A stretch of 64,000 nt of DNA, from assembly GCA_977020255.1 (NCBI GenBank), contig CDROCS010003797.1:62001-126000 (forward strand), read 5' to 3'. How positions within the stretch are numbered: the stretch's first letter is position 1; every line of letters starts with the position of its first letter. The notes under the pieces are model-generated. The model saw nothing but the letters and a program-made list of their open reading frames with translations. It searched no databases and was not told where the DNA came from. The stretch comes from Obrimoposthia wandeli. Its lineage: Eukaryota. Shown one piece after another: positions 30,334-42,434 of this stretch. The translations under genes were made by a program, and so were the position numbers.

Positions 30334-30732
30334 TTACCCAGGGTAAGTTTGTTGTAGCTTATCAATAATAGCTTGATTGGCTGCCGGAAAATCCAACGTA
30401 GTAAATTCAGCTAATGTAAACCAACCTTCTTTTTGACCTTCCAATGCTTTTGCTTGTCCCTCAAAGTTATCAACGACGAAAACATCTAATAGCACCTTCT
30501 TATCACCGTAATCGTGGCTAATTTGCATTAATGGTGTACAAGTCAATACATCGATAGAAACTTCTTCTTTGAGCTCCCTATGAAGCGCTTGATGTACTGT
30601 TTCATCGGCTTCAACTTTGCCGCCAGGAAATTCCCACTTGCCCCCTTGATGACTATCGGCTAATCGCTTAGTGAGAAAATACTGATTCTCCTGCTTAATT
30701 ACCCCAACAGCGACATGAACAACTTTTGTCAT
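30334..30732 (-). CDS. mutT: 8-oxo-dGTP diphosphatase
   Basis: Nudix box GGKVEADETVHQALHRELKEEVSI; follows secA; ends FPAANQAII. Confidence 0.92.
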   Translation of the reverse strand: MTKVVHVAVGVIKQENQYFLTKRLADSHQGGKWEFPGGKVEADETVHQALHRELKEEVSIDVLTCTPLMQISHDYGDKKVLLDVFVVDNFEGQAKALEGQKEGWFTLAEFTTLDFPAANQAIIDKLQQTYPG

Positions 30733-30903
30733 TATTTAATCCTACATATTCTAGTTAAACTTAATAAAAAATTAGTATTCTGAAAGTATCAGCACATTAC
30801 AGAGATAGCACGTTAGAGCACTTCGAATCACCAGGTAACATAATGACTCATATCATTAATTTATAAACAAGGGGCTAGAATAAAACTATCCTTGCCTAGA
30901 CAT

Positions 30904-30930
30904 AAAAATGCCAGTCAATAGACTGGCATT
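30904..30930 (-). terminator. Intrinsic terminator of secA
   Basis: AATGCCAGTC-AATA-GACTGGCATT with A-tract on the left (U-tract on minus strand). Confidence 0.8.
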
Positions 30931-30955
30931 AAAAGGCAAATTGCTCGATAAGGAC

Positions 30956-33640
30956 TTAAGTTAATTTACCATGGCATTGCTTATATTTCTTACCTGAGCC
31001 ACATGGACAAGGCTCATTACGACCAACACGTGGTAAAGCTGCTTGCTCAGAGTCTGATTCTAAAACAGATTCATGAGTGAACTCTTTCGGCACTTCTTCA
31101 GCTTTTCTGTGTTGCTCTTCAACAGCTTCAACATCAGACTCAGCTTTAATTTGCACTTTACTTAAAATACCAATAACGTCATATTTTAAGGTATCAAGCA
31201 ATTCTGTGAACAGCTCAAACGACTCACGTTTAAATTCTTGCTTAGGATTCTTTTGCGCATAACCACGTAAATGAATGCCTTGGCGTAAATGATCCATTGC
31301 CGCTAAATGCTCTTTCCAATGTGAATCTAAGCTTTGTAACATAACTGCTTTTTCAAATTGACGTAAAACTTCAGCACCCACCATCTCTTCTTTGGCAGCA
31401 TAACTTGCTTCCACTTCGGCAATGATTTTTTCACGCAAGGTTTCTTCATGCAATTTAGTGTCTTCTTCCAGCCATTTTGCAATGGGTAAATCAAGCGTAA
31501 GTTCACCTTTAAGGCGCTCTTCTAAACCTGTTATATCCCACATTTCTTCTAATGATTGTGGCGGAATATGTTGAGCAATAATGCCATTAACCACGTCAAA
31601 ACGAATAGCTTTAATCACTTCTTCGATATCAGCTTCATCCATAAGCTCATTACGTTGCTCATAAATAACTTTACGTTGATCGTTTGAAACATCGTCAAAT
31701 TCAAGTAATTGCTTACGAATATCAAAGTTACGACCTTCAACTTTACGTTGTGCGTTTTCAATACTCTTCGTTACCCAAGGATGTTCAATGGCTTCACCAC
31801 GCTCCATGCCCAGTTTACGCATCATATTGCTAATACGCTCAGAGGCGAAAATTCGCATTAAACCATCTTCCATAGAAAGATAAAAACGTGTTGAACCTGC
31901 ATCACCTTGACGACCTGAACGACCACGTAATTGATTATCAATACGACGAGACTCATGACGTTCTGTAGCAACAATATGCAAACCACCGGCCGCTAACACT
32001 TTATCGTGTTCTTCTTGCCAAGCGCTTTTAACTTTTGCTATTTGCTCTTCGCTCGGATTATCAAGCTTAGCAATCATCATGCTCAGGTTACCGCCAAGTA
32101 CAATATCAGTACCACGGCCAGCCATGTTCGTTGCAATAGTTACTGCGGCAATTTTACCTGCATCAGCAACAATCTCAGCTTCTTGCTGATGAAATTTAGC
32201 ATTAAGCACTTTGTGCTTAATTTTTTCTTTCTTTAAAAATGAAGATAAGAATTCAGACGTTTCAATACTAATCGTACCCACTAATACCGGTTGACCACGT
32301 TTAACACAGTCTTTGATATCTTCTAAAATCGCTTCAAATTTTTCTTCACCCGTTAAATAAATCAAATCAGGTAAATCTTTACGTACCATAGGCTGATTTG
32401 TTGGGATAACAACAGTTTCTAAACCGTAGATATGATTAAATTCAAATGCTTCTGTATCAGCAGTACCTGTCATACCCGACAGCTTATTGTAAATACGGAA
32501 AAAGTTTTGGAAAGTAATTGACGCTAAAGTCTGATTTTCATTTTGAATATCAACACCTTCTTTTGCTTCAACCGCTTGATGTAAACCTTCAGACCAACGA
32601 CGACCTTCCATTGTACGACCTGTGTGTTCATCAACAATGACAATTTCACCGTCTTTGACGATGTAATCAACGTCTTTTTGGAACAATTTGTGCGCACGTA
32701 AGGCAGCCATAACATGATGAAGTAAAGTGATATTTGCTGCAGAGAAAAGTGAATCTCCTTGCTGCATCAAACCTTTTTCGATCATGATTTCTTCGATATG
32801 TACTTGGCCAAGCTCAGTTAAATAAATTTGCTTAGCTTTTTCATCGATGGTGAAATCACCGGTACTATCTTCGCCTTCTTTATCTTCTTCAGCCTGCTGA
32901 ATCAGTGTTGGCACAACTAAGTTAATATTGCGATAAAGCTCAGAGCTATCTTCAGCTTGACCTGAAATAATTAACGGCGTACGCGCCTCATCAATTAATA
33001 TCGAGTCAACTTCATCAATAACAGCAAAGTTTAACGGCTTTTGCGCACGTTCTTCTGGCGAAAATGCCATATTGTCACGTAAGTAATCAAAACCGAATTC
33101 GTTGTTCGTACCGTAAGTAATATCAGAATTATAGGCTTCTTGTTTATCGTGTGGAGCCATACCGGCAACATTACAACCAACGGTCATGCCTAAAAATTCA
33201 AATAACGGTCGACACCAATCAGCATCACGAGTCGCAAGATAATCATTTACTGTGATGACATGCACACCTTTGTTAGTTAGTGCATTCAAATAGGCAGGTA
33301 AAGTCGCGGTAAGGGTTTTACCTTCACCAGTACGCATCTCCGCTATTTTTCCAGAATTTAGTACCATACCACCAATCATTTGCACGTCGAAATGACGCAT
33401 GCCAAATACGCGTTTACTCGCTTCACGTACAACAGCAAATGCTTCTGGTATTAGGTCATCAAGCTGTTCACCTTGCTCAACGCGTTCTTTAAACTCAAGT
33501 GTTTTTGCTTTTAGTTCTTCATCACTGAGGGCTTCAAAAACAGGTTCTAGAGCATTTATTTTTATTACTTCTTTGCGCATTTGTTTAAGTAATCGATCAT
33601 TTCGACTACCAAACAGTTTTGTCATTAACTTTACAAACAT
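30956..33640 (-). CDS. secA: Preprotein translocase ATPase SecA
   Basis: [37 protein letters not shown]-terminal [19 protein letters not shown]. Confidence 0.99.
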   Translation of the reverse strand: MFVKLMTKLFGSRNDRLLKQMRKEVIKINALEPVFEALSDEELKAKTLEFKERVEQGEQLDDLIPEAFAVVREASKRVFGMRHFDVQMIGGMVLNSGKIAEMRTGEGKTLTATLPAYLNALTNKGVHVITVNDYLATRDADWCRPLFEFLGMTVGCNVAGMAPHDKQEAYNSDITYGTNNEFGFDYLRDNMAFSPEERAQKPLNFAVIDEVDSILIDEARTPLIISGQAEDSSELYRNINLVVPTLIQQAEEDKEGEDSTGDFTIDEKAKQIYLTELGQVHIEEIMIEKGLMQQGDSLFSAANITLLHHVMAALRAHKLFQKDVDYIVKDGEIVIVDEHTGRTMEGRRWSEGLHQAVEAKEGVDIQNENQTLASITFQNFFRIYNKLSGMTGTADTEAFEFNHIYGLETVVIPTNQPMVRKDLPDLIYLTGEEKFEAILEDIKDCVKRGQPVLVGTISIETSEFLSSFLKKEKIKHKVLNAKFHQQEAEIVADAGKIAAVTIATNMAGRGTDIVLGGNLSMMIAKLDNPSEEQIAKVKSAWQEEHDKVLAAGGLHIVATERHESRRIDNQLRGRSGRQGDAGSTRFYLSMEDGLMRIFASERISNMMRKLGMERGEAIEHPWVTKSIENAQRKVEGRNFDIRKQLLEFDDVSNDQRKVIYEQRNELMDEADIEEVIKAIRFDVVNGIIAQHIPPQSLEEMWDITGLEERLKGELTLDLPIAKWLEEDTKLHEETLREKIIAEVEASYAAKEEMVGAEVLRQFEKAVMLQSLDSHWKEHLAAMDHLRQGIHLRGYAQKNPKQEFKRESFELFTELLDTLKYDVIGILSKVQIKAESDVEAVEEQHRKAEEVPKEFTHESVLESDSEQAALPRVGRNEPCPCGSGKKYKQCHGKLT

Positions 33641-33766
33641 CGTGTTAAACCATATTGAGAAGAAAATCTTCCGCTGAAAATAAGATGATCGGTGGGGCCG
33701 ATCACATAAACTTGCTTAGTATTGTAATCGCAGTAGTATTTTAAACAACTGAAATTCTAGCAAAAG

Positions 33767-34666
33767 CTAATTTTTTGCTTTTCGATAGACATATTTTTTT
33801 GGATCTATTTGGCGATTATTACGTAAAATTTCATAGTGTACGTGCGGTCCTGTAGAGCGACCTGTACTACCCATTTTTGCAATAACTTGACCTTTAGTAA
33901 CGACATCACCAACCGATACTTTTATTGCTTTATTGTGGCCATAGCGAGTTTTTAAACTATCACCATGATTAATTTCAATTAATTGACCATAACCATAGCG
34001 CTCACCGGCCCAACTTACTACACCTGATGCCGTGGCAATAATGTCAGCATTTTCACTACCAGCAAAATCAACACCTTTGTGCATCGCAGGTTTACCATTA
34101 AAAGGGTCTTTACGCAGTCCATAATAAGACGACAGCCAACCCTTCTTAATTGGTCGACCAGACAAATACCTAGTATTCTCTATATGGTGACCTAAAGTGA
34201 CAGATTCAAGCATTTTCAATTGTTTTTCTTCATGCCCTAACGATTCTTCTAAGCTAGTGATATCGACAAGCAACTCGGCTAAGCTTTTAGACTCAGTGTC
34301 ATGGCTTTGCGTGATCGGGCCACCGCTGTAAGGTAGTTGCTCAAAATTAAATTCGTTATCAGGAATACTCGCCTCTTCGGCTAAGCGATCGCCTAAAGCA
34401 TTTAATCTCAGTACTTGGCTTTGAAGCTCAGCCAACTTCATCGCGACGGCAGTCACTTGTTGACTATTGACCTGGTTATTATCAATATCAGGCAGGTTTG
34501 ACATCTGATAGGTAGGGTTTGCCGGCACATCATCTGCAGAAGCAATCAAATGGACGATAAAACCTGAAATCAGCGCAAAAGCAGTAAGAGCAGATAACCA
34601 ATGGAACTTATTTAGCTTCATCGAAAATCTAACGTTCTTTCCGCGGTATAGTAATGTTAAACTCAT
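33767..34666 (-). CDS. M23 family metallopeptidase
   Basis: MHKGVDFA, TRYGH, STGRSTGPHVHYE; N-terminal TM and coiled coil. Confidence 0.93.
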   Translation of the reverse strand: MSLTLLYRGKNVRFSMKLNKFHWLSALTAFALISGFIVHLIASADDVPANPTYQMSNLPDIDNNQVNSQQVTAVAMKLAELQSQVLRLNALGDRLAEEASIPDNEFNFEQLPYSGGPITQSHDTESKSLAELLVDITSLEESLGHEEKQLKMLESVTLGHHIENTRYLSGRPIKKGWLSSYYGLRKDPFNGKPAMHKGVDFAGSENADIIATASGVVSWAGERYGYGQLIEINHGDSLKTRYGHNKAIKVSVGDVVTKGQVIAKMGSTGRSTGPHVHYEILRNNRQIDPKKYVYRKAKN

Positions 34667-34698
34667 AATTCATTCATCGTTTGTTCAAGAACTGACTC

Positions 34699-35166
34699 AT
34701 GGCACGAAAATCTAAATTCCCTACAGACATGTCAGCCCTGTTTAATTCTACGTCAGGCACTTTGGCACAAATAGCTACAAAAACCAACTTTTTAACTATA
34801 TTGTCGGACATTGTACGTCAAATTTGTCCGGACCTGCCAGCAGATGTCTGGAAAATAGCAAATTTTAGAGCTAATGCCATCGTTATCGAGGTAAATTCGG
34901 CGGTTTGGAGTCAACGCTTACAGTTTGAAAGAATGAATATTTGCCGTGAGCTGAGTCAAGTCACTAACAATGAATTCAATCAAATCGAAATCAAGATCAC
35001 GCCTTTTCGCAACAAAATGCCAGAGAAAACCGTACTACCTAATGCTATTAGCACCACCATTTCTTTAAGCACCGCCGAACGCTTGCTTGAAGTAGCTAGA
35101 ACAGCACCAGACAGCTTACGTAAAAAACTTGAAAAGCTTGCCGCACACGCGAATAAAAGCAGCTAA
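34699..35166 (+). CDS. dciA: DUF721 / DciA family protein
   Basis: Size, the IVIEVNSAVWSQRLQFER segment, and position opposite M23-secA typical of DUF721 genes. Confidence 0.75.
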   Translation: MARKSKFPTDMSALFNSTSGTLAQIATKTNFLTILSDIVRQICPDLPADVWKIANFRANAIVIEVNSAVWSQRLQFERMNICRELSQVTNNEFNQIEIKITPFRNKMPEKTVLPNAISTTISLSTAERLLEVARTAPDSLRKKLEKLAAHANKSS

Positions 35167-35179
35167 TACCATTATTCAT

Positions 35180-35204
35180 AAAAAAGGCGCCATTACTGAC
35201 GCCT
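35180..35204 (-). terminator. Possible terminator of the chemoreceptor gene
   Basis: AAAAAAGGCG-CCATTACTGA-CGCCT between convergent genes; short stem. Confidence 0.5.
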
Positions 35205-35230
35205 CACACTAAGACTTAATAAGTAATAAT

Positions 35231-36931
35231 TTATTCGATTTCAATTAAACTATCGAGTTTATTTGAAATAACACCTAACTCTTGTGTTTGCGTTACCGTT
35301 TTTTCTGCGCCCGATAATATCTCACTGCTCATTAATGATATATCAGTAACATTTTTTCCTAACGAAATTATGGTTAATGACTGTTGTTCGGCAGCCTTGG
35401 CAATATGTTGATTCAACTCGTTAATCGTCATTATTTGTTGCGTGACTTGTTGTAGGCTTTCACTCGCTTGAAAAGCGTTATCAACCGTACCTTTGGTTCT
35501 TTCACTGCTACTTATCATCACAACACTTGCTTGCTGGCTATCTGACTGCAGCTCCCCGACAAGTTGATTAATTTCGCTAGTTGCTGTTTGTGTTCGCTGT
35601 GCTAGCGTACGAACCTCATCGGCAACAACCGCAAAACCACGCCCTTGCTCGCCAGCACGAGCAGCTTCAATCGCCGCATTCAACGCCAGCAAATTAGTTT
35701 GTTCAGCAATACTATCAATCGTACTAATAATACCGCCGATACTCTCGCTACGTTGAGATAACTTCCCAACAACATTGTTTGCTTCTTCTACGTTGTCTGC
35801 AAGCAAACGAATAGCCTGTAGCGTTTCTTGCATTTTCTCATAACTCGCTGTTATACCTTGCGTCATCATTTGCGTTGTTGAAGTGGTGTTATTAGCCCCT
35901 TCGGCAACCTCTTGACTGACCTGTTCTAAATCAGTAATAGCAGTCGAAATATCAGTTATATTTGCACGTTGAGTAAAAATATTTTGTTGGGCATTTTCAG
36001 CAAGAACTAACGTCGCTTTTGCATGTGCATCGACATCATTGGCTTGCGTTTTAATGTTTGTTAGCACGCTATACAGCACACTGTGCAAGGTATGAATGTT
36101 TGATGACAACAGACCTATTTCATATTTAGCCGCTTGATCTTGCCACGCGCCTAATTTTCCTTGCTTTAATCTATCAGCCATTGCTTGTGTATGCTTTGTT
36201 AGGCTTGCAATAGGGCGAGAAACATTGATATATAGAAAGTAATAAACAATGATAATAACAACCGTCAGAATAACAAACACTAACCCACTCATTTTTAATG
36301 CCCAATAATAAGCATGAGTCATTTTCGGTTCAATATTAGTGACAACAGACAGGCCACCTAACACCTTAGCTGCAGACGTTGGAATACTATGACAATTTGC
36401 ACAACCATCATGCATATTACTCATCAGCGGTATAGATATTTTATAATAATGATCATCAAGTGTGGTAATAGCGGTTAAATTTCCTTGTGAAAACTGTTCA
36501 ATAGCTTCTTGTTCAAAAGCACCATTCGTTGCCGTCACCGATTTACCAAATGAGGTGAGATTGAGAGCTTTTTCATCAGTGAATAATCTAACCCGAGGAA
36601 TATCTATACCAAAATCATGGGTAACGGCGGTGTCGACAGCTTCAATCGTTTTAATCCAGTTATTATGTATGATTGCTTTTTTTTCAGCATTTGTTTCACG
36701 AGTAAACTCCTCATTGAACTTCACGGTTGAAACCATGAACATTTGAGCTGTACGTTGAATTTGTTCGTTACTTTGCTGTTCTATATTTTGCAGTGCATCA
36801 GCTTTAAAACCATTAAGTAAAATAATGGCTAAAGCCACACATGCAATAACACCAACAATGGTCAGTCGTATTAATATATTAAAATTTAGAGTTGATAAAC
36901 CTGATGAGCCCTGTGCCATTGTCATTGTCAT
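35231..36931 (-). CDS. Methyl-accepting chemotaxis protein with periplasmic CxxCH (putative heme c) sensor domain
   Basis: Two TM segments flanking a periplasmic domain containing MHDGCANCH; signalling hairpin IAEQTNLLALNAAIEAARAGEQGRGFAVVADEVRTLA. Confidence 0.93.
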   Translation of the reverse strand: MTMTMAQGSSGLSTLNFNILIRLTIVGVIACVALAIILLNGFKADALQNIEQQSNEQIQRTAQMFMVSTVKFNEEFTRETNAEKKAIIHNNWIKTIEAVDTAVTHDFGIDIPRVRLFTDEKALNLTSFGKSVTATNGAFEQEAIEQFSQGNLTAITTLDDHYYKISIPLMSNMHDGCANCHSIPTSAAKVLGGLSVVTNIEPKMTHAYYWALKMSGLVFVILTVVIIIVYYFLYINVSRPIASLTKHTQAMADRLKQGKLGAWQDQAAKYEIGLLSSNIHTLHSVLYSVLTNIKTQANDVDAHAKATLVLAENAQQNIFTQRANITDISTAITDLEQVSQEVAEGANNTTSTTQMMTQGITASYEKMQETLQAIRLLADNVEEANNVVGKLSQRSESIGGIISTIDSIAEQTNLLALNAAIEAARAGEQGRGFAVVADEVRTLAQRTQTATSEINQLVGELQSDSQQASVVMISSSERTKGTVDNAFQASESLQQVTQQIMTINELNQHIAKAAEQQSLTIISLGKNVTDISLMSSEILSGAEKTVTQTQELGVISNKLDSLIEIE

Positions 36932-37122
36932 ATTCCTTTATATAATTATTACTCGAGTAAACAAAGCTTAGTCCAGTTAAGTCATTTTATACCAATTCGA
37001 TTAAATTCAAACGTAAGAAAGAATAACTTAACTGACTAGGTACAACGCTGACACACCGAAGGTTGTGACTTTACTCTATTTTTTCCTTTAGAATTCGATA
37101 GCAAAACGTAACGAATAAAAAC

Positions 37123-37148
37123 AAAAAACCAGCATGATGGCTGGTTTT
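37123..37148 (-). terminator. Intrinsic terminator of lpxC / end of dcw transcript
   Basis: AAAAAACCAGC-ATGATG-GCTGGTTTT. Confidence 0.8.
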
Positions 37149-37176
37149 ATATAGCTATTATCGCAAGAAAGTTAGC

Positions 37177-38094
37177 TTAAAATGCTGTAGCACCGACTTC
37201 TTGAAACTGAATTGGCGATTCTACCGCATCTTCGTACGTAACCCACTCCCAACAATCAACTTGTTTAAATACTTCACGTAACAACATGTTATTTAGGCCA
37301 TGACCAGATTTAAAGGCATTAAGCTCACCTAAAATACTGACTCCGCCCATATATAAATCGCCAATCGCATCTAATATTTTATGCTTCACAAACTCGTCAT
37401 CGTAACGTAGTTCATCTTTATTAAGCATACGATACTCATCCAACACAATAGCATTTTCCAAGCTACCGCCTAAGGCAAGGTTATGTGAACGTAAAAATTC
37501 AATATCCTTCATAAAACCGAAAGTGCGTGCACGGCTAATTTCTTTGATAAATGAACTACTTGAAAGGTCCATACTCATCGTTTGACAAGTATTAGCAATC
37601 ACAGGATGTTCAAATTCAATTGCAAAGTTAACGCGAAAACCTTCGTAAGGCTTAAGCTCTGCCCACTTATCATCTTCTTCTACGCGAATGGTTTTAGTAA
37701 TACGTAAAAAGCGCTTAGCAACATTTGATGTTTCAATACCAACAGACTGAATTAAATATACAAAAGGTAAGGCACTACCATCCATAATTGGAATCTCAGG
37801 TGAATCAACCTCAACAATAAGGTTGTCTATACCTAAGCCTGCAACAGCAGAAAGTAAGTGTTCGACGGTGGAAATCTGAACACCTTGCTCATTCACTAAA
37901 CACGTACACAAAGTTGTTTCGCCAACGGCTTCCGGTGTCGCTGGAATATCGACAACGGGATCCAAATCGACTCGGCGAAAAATAATACCGGTGTTAGCAG
38001 GCGCAGGACGGAGAGTGATCTGCACCTTTTCACCTTTGTGTAACCCCACACCAATAGCAGAGACACTTTCTTTTAACGTACGTTGTTTAATCAT
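37177..38094 (-). CDS. lpxC: UDP-3-O-acyl-N-acetylglucosamine deacetylase
   Basis: MIKQRTLK start (ATG 38094, 305 aa), [26 protein letters not shown]. Confidence 0.98.
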   Translation of the reverse strand: MIKQRTLKESVSAIGVGLHKGEKVQITLRPAPANTGIIFRRVDLDPVVDIPATPEAVGETTLCTCLVNEQGVQISTVEHLLSAVAGLGIDNLIVEVDSPEIPIMDGSALPFVYLIQSVGIETSNVAKRFLRITKTIRVEEDDKWAELKPYEGFRVNFAIEFEHPVIANTCQTMSMDLSSSSFIKEISRARTFGFMKDIEFLRSHNLALGGSLENAIVLDEYRMLNKDELRYDDEFVKHKILDAIGDLYMGGVSILGELNAFKSGHGLNNMLLREVFKQVDCWEWVTYEDAVESPIQFQEVGATAF

Positions 38095-38232
38095 AAATAG
38101 CCTTCTTAAGCCTATAATTTGCACTAATTAGCAGCCGCTGGAATTAAGCGGAGACGTAATATAACAAAAAAGCCTAACAAAATCAAAATACCAACATTTT
38201 CAGATCTATTCGCTTCGTGCTTTTTCAGTAAT

Positions 38233-39396
38233 TTAATCTGCTTGCTTACGCAAAAATGCTGGAATGTCTAAGTAATCATCGAGATCTGTTGCCGCTACTT
38301 TTTGTGCTTGAGCATTCGCTTCAGGCATAGTCACTGGGTTCGCTGAAAGCTCTGGTTGTGCGCTAGGAACATAATCACCACCGACAACTTGTGGTTCAGC
38401 CACAGGAGTAGGGTTGACTAAAGTAATATCAGGTTTGCGTTCAGCACCAATGCCAGTAGCCACTACGGTTACACGTAGATCTTCAGTCATATCTGGGTCA
38501 ATAACGGCACCAACAACAACCGTAGCATTTTCTGAAGAGAATGCTTTAACGGCATTACCAACAGTTTCAAATTCATCAATGCTAATATCCATACCGGCGG
38601 TAATATTAACTAAAATACCACGAGCACCCGCTAAATCTACATCTTCAAGTAATGGACTTGAGATAGCCGCTTCAGCAGCTTCTTCTGCGCGATCTGGACC
38701 TGATGCTGTACCAGAGCCCATCATTGCGGTACCCATTTCAGACATAACAGTTCTAACATCAGCGAAATCGACGTTGATGAGTCCCGGACGCGTAATAAGT
38801 TCAGCTATCCCTTGTACTGCACCTAATAAAACATCGTTAGCGGCTTTAAAAGCATCTAATAAACTCGTACCAGGGCCAAGCACTTTTAATAGTTTTTCAT
38901 TTGGGATCGTGATCAATGAGTCAACATGCTTTGATAAAAACTCAATACCTTGATCAGCGTAGTTCATACGCTTTTTACCTTCAAAAGGAAACGGCTTAGT
39001 GACTACAGCAACCGTTAATATACCCATTTCTTTCGCTATTTCAGCAACTACTGGTGCTGCGCCAGTACCTGTACCACCGCCCATACCGGCAGCAATAAAG
39101 ACCATATCTGCACCACGAAGGGTTTCTTTGATAGTCTCACGGTCTTCTTCTGCGCTTCGACGACCAATTTCAGGGTTAGCGCCAGCGCCAAGCCCTTTGG
39201 TTACGTCTTGTCCTAGTTGCAAAGTAACATTTGCAGCAGAATTTCGTAATGCCTGTGAGTCAGTGTTAGCCGTAATAAACTCAACACCTTCGATAGTTTG
39301 TAAAACCATATGTTCTACTGCGTTTCCGCCACCACCACCAACACCAATAACTTTAATGACGGCTTCTTCGTTGTGATCTTCCATTAATTCAAACAT
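38233..39396 (-). CDS. ftsZ: Cell division protein FtsZ
   Basis: [17 protein letters not shown] tubulin signature, C-terminal [13 protein letters not shown]. Confidence 0.99.
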   Translation of the reverse strand: MFELMEDHNEEAVIKVIGVGGGGGNAVEHMVLQTIEGVEFITANTDSQALRNSAANVTLQLGQDVTKGLGAGANPEIGRRSAEEDRETIKETLRGADMVFIAAGMGGGTGTGAAPVVAEIAKEMGILTVAVVTKPFPFEGKKRMNYADQGIEFLSKHVDSLITIPNEKLLKVLGPGTSLLDAFKAANDVLLGAVQGIAELITRPGLINVDFADVRTVMSEMGTAMMGSGTASGPDRAEEAAEAAISSPLLEDVDLAGARGILVNITAGMDISIDEFETVGNAVKAFSSENATVVVGAVIDPDMTEDLRVTVVATGIGAERKPDITLVNPTPVAEPQVVGGDYVPSAQPELSANPVTMPEANAQAQKVAATDLDDYLDIPAFLRKQAD

Positions 39397-39474
39397 TTAA
39401 TTATCTCCGATTTTTATACGTTTTGTTCCACCAAAACTAACTTTTCATCTCTAATTATCCGCACATGCAGCTAA

Positions 39475-40710
39475 TTAAAATTCCCCTTTGAACCATGCAA
39501 GTACTCTCGAGCCGATACTACTAACTGATTCACTTTTACTTTTTTCTTTATTTTTTTGTTGGCTAGCTTGCATACCATAATGTAGCAAGCCAACTACCGT
39601 AGAATATGTTGGGTCATTTACATACTCTTTCAATCCACAGACATCCGATGGTTGTGCAACTCGGGCTGGCATTTGAAAGACTTCTTCTGCAAATTCAACC
39701 ACACCTTCCATTTTTGCTGTGCCGCCGGTTAATACATAACCTGCAGCAATTTGATCTTCTAAGCCACTTTCTCGTAATTCTTCCTGGATCAGTTCGAATA
39801 ACTCCTGATATCTAGGCTCTACGACTTCAGCCAATGTATGACGAGACATGGAGCGTGCAGGACGCCCACCAACACTCGGCACTTCAATATTTTCTTCCAT
39901 ACTAACCATTTGGCGTAAGGCACATGCGTACTGCACTTTAATATCTTCAGCGTGGCTTAATGGTGTACGAAAAATTTTAGCAATATCACTGGTCACTTGA
40001 TTACCAGCAACAGGAATAACAGCAGTATGCCTCAAAGCGCCACCGGTAAACACGGCGATATCCATCGTACCTGCGCCCATATCAACCACACAAATACCTA
40101 GCTCTTTTTCATCATCAGTTAACACCGCATAACTAGACGCTAGTGCTGAAAAAATCAATTGGTCTGCTTTTAAGTCACATCGTTCGACACATTTTACAAT
40201 GTTTTTTGCCATGTCATTAGCACAAGTAACAATATGCACTTTTGCTTCCATGCGTACACCTGACATACCAATAGGGCTTTTTATGCCGTCTTGACAGTCA
40301 ATACTGTATTCTTGTGGCAAGACATGCAACATCCGGCGTTCGGCAGAAATAGGTACAGAGCGAGCGGTATGAATAACGTTATCAACATCATCCTGCATCA
40401 CTTCTTTATCATTGATCGGCACCATACCATTCTCATTCTGGCAGCTAATATGCTTGCCAGAAATCCCCAGATAAACTGAGGTGATATGGCAATCTGCCAT
40501 CAGTTCAGCTTCATTGATCGCTCGTTGAATAGATTGAATAACGAGGTTTAAATCATTTACTCCGCCCTTATCCATGCCACGCGCAGGTTGATTACCAACA
40601 CCAACGATACTGAGTTGATTGTCAGGCGTGATCTCACCAACGGCTACTGAAATTTTTGATGTTCCAATATCTAATCCAACCACTAAATTTCTTTCAGTTA
40701 TTTTTGACAT
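39475..40710 (-). CDS. ftsA: Cell division protein FtsA
   Basis: VGLDIGTSK, VDMGAGT, VLTGGTAK, C-terminal amphipathic WFKGEF. Confidence 0.98.
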   Translation of the reverse strand: MSKITERNLVVGLDIGTSKISVAVGEITPDNQLSIVGVGNQPARGMDKGGVNDLNLVIQSIQRAINEAELMADCHITSVYLGISGKHISCQNENGMVPINDKEVMQDDVDNVIHTARSVPISAERRMLHVLPQEYSIDCQDGIKSPIGMSGVRMEAKVHIVTCANDMAKNIVKCVERCDLKADQLIFSALASSYAVLTDDEKELGICVVDMGAGTMDIAVFTGGALRHTAVIPVAGNQVTSDIAKIFRTPLSHAEDIKVQYACALRQMVSMEENIEVPSVGGRPARSMSRHTLAEVVEPRYQELFELIQEELRESGLEDQIAAGYVLTGGTAKMEGVVEFAEEVFQMPARVAQPSDVCGLKEYVNDPTYSTVVGLLHYGMQASQQKNKEKSKSESVSSIGSRVLAWFKGEF

Positions 40711-40715
40711 TAAGG

Positions 40716-41495
40716 TTAAACTCTTTCTTTATTTTCAATGGTTTTCCAACCAACGGCTAAACCGGTATCATATCTCAGGTCAACATAATCAACTTGCTGA
40801 TCTTGCTTTTTATTCAACTTTATTTCTGGATAAACGTCCATAAAGCGTTGTATACGCTCTACTCGATTATCGCGTCCTAAATTAATGGTTACGCCATCAT
40901 CTAGGATTAACTGCCAAGCAAAGCGCTCGGTCAGCACTAATTCATCTATTGCTAATTGGCTAAAATCCAATAGCTTGTTCAAATCTCTAAAGTTCTCTAA
41001 GGCTATTTTTTCAGTGCCTTCAGGACCAAAGAATGCGGGTAACTTTTCAGGTAAACGCTGTATGTCAGCCTGAAAGGTTTTGCCATTTTCGTTAATTAAA
41101 AAGTCACCATTCCAATGAGCAATAGGTTTTTGATCAACCACGTAAATCTTTAATTCATCAGGCCATTTTTTTCGCACTGATACCGAGTAAACCCATGGTA
41201 ATTCAGCCACTTTTTGCTGAACATCATTAACATCTAAGTTAAAGAAATTACCTAAATTAACTCGCTCAATGGCTGTTTCAATATCTGAACGCGTAGTGTA
41301 AGGCATTTCACCTGCGATAGAAATCGACGTAACAGGCGCTGACTCTTCAGCACTTAATTGTTTATTTAAAAAAATACCAAACGATAATATCGCGATAATA
41401 ACCGCAACGAAAAAGCTAACACCAAACCAAAAGGACCAGTGTAGACTTGCTAGCTCTTCCTTTAACGGGAGTTGCTTTTCCATTGCTGCTGCCAT
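40716..41495 (-). CDS. ftsQ: Cell division protein FtsQ
   Basis: Single TM, POTRA region (LPWVYSVSVRKKWPD), YVDLRYDTGLAVGW. Confidence 0.95.
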   Translation of the reverse strand: MAAAMEKQLPLKEELASLHWSFWFGVSFFVAVIIAILSFGIFLNKQLSAEESAPVTSISIAGEMPYTTRSDIETAIERVNLGNFFNLDVNDVQQKVAELPWVYSVSVRKKWPDELKIYVVDQKPIAHWNGDFLINENGKTFQADIQRLPEKLPAFFGPEGTEKIALENFRDLNKLLDFSQLAIDELVLTERFAWQLILDDGVTINLGRDNRVERIQRFMDVYPEIKLNKKQDQQVDYVDLRYDTGLAVGWKTIENKERV

Positions 41496-41498
41496 CTA

Positions 41499-42434
41499 TT
41501 ATGCGCTACCTTGGGCACTAATTTCGACAATTTTTGTTACTAACTCACTAAAATTTAAGCCATAAACTTTAGCAGCTTTAGGCACAAGTGATGTTTCTGT
41601 CATGCCTGGTACCGTATTAACTTCTAATATTTGCCATTGTCCCTGCTCATTTCTCATTACATCTACTCGGCCCCAACCTTTCGCTCCCGTGGCATTAAAA
41701 GCCTTAAGAGCAATACTTTGCAGCTCAGCTTCATCATCAGCGGATAACGAACACGGGCAATGATATTGCGTAGTAGTCGATTGATATTTTGCCGCATAGT
41801 CATAAAAGTCGTTTGGCGTTTCCATATGTATGACCGGTAAAGGCGTTTGCCCTAAAATAGCCACGGTATACTCAGGTCCTTGGATCCAAGCTTCAACTAA
41901 TACTTGTTGGTCGTATTCAAAAGCGGCAATTAATGCTTGATGTAATTCGTCAGCATTATTGGCTTTTGACATGCCAATACTTGAACCTTCATTTGCAGGC
42001 TTAACCATGACAACATTGCCCAATGGCTGCAAAATTTTCGCGGCATCGCCAGCCTGATAATGTGCTTTATCGACAATAGCAAACGCTGCTGTAGGTAAAT
42101 TTAGTGCTTGAAATACTTGCTTACTACGAATTTTATCCATCGATAATGCCGAACCAAGTACATCAGAGCCGGTATAAGGAATATTCATATATTGCAATGC
42201 ACCTTGCACACAGCCGTCTTCACCGCCACGACCATGTAAGGCGATAAACACACGATCGATATCAAGCGTTGCTAAGTCGCTTAAGCAATAATCCTGAGTA
42301 TCAATTAGTTGAACATCAAAACCCGCTTCCTTTAAACCTTTCGCAATCGCTCTACCTGAATTTAACGACACCGCTCGTTCTGCAGATGTACCACCATACA
42401 AAACAGCTAGTTTTTGTGCTAATAACGCTTTCAT
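41499..42434 (-). CDS. ddl: D-alanine--D-alanine ligase
   Basis: [39 protein letters not shown]. Confidence 0.97.
   Translation of the reverse strand: MKALLAQKLAVLYGGTSAERAVSLNSGRAIAKGLKEAGFDVQLIDTQDYCLSDLATLDIDRVFIALHGRGGEDGCVQGALQYMNIPYTGSDVLGSALSMDKIRSKQVFQALNLPTAAFAIVDKAHYQAGDAAKILQPLGNVVMVKPANEGSSIGMSKANNADELHQALIAAFEYDQQVLVEAWIQGPEYTVAILGQTPLPVIHMETPNDFYDYAAKYQSTTTQYHCPCSLSADDEAELQSIALKAFNATGAKGWGRVDVMRNEQGQWQILEVNTVPGMTETSLVPKAAKVYGLNFSELVTKIVEISAQGSA

Noticed and set aside
33641-33766. Absence of secM upstream of secA
   Set aside because: The M23 peptidase/DUF721-secA arrangement without secM is, as far as I know, normal outside Enterobacterales and close relatives.
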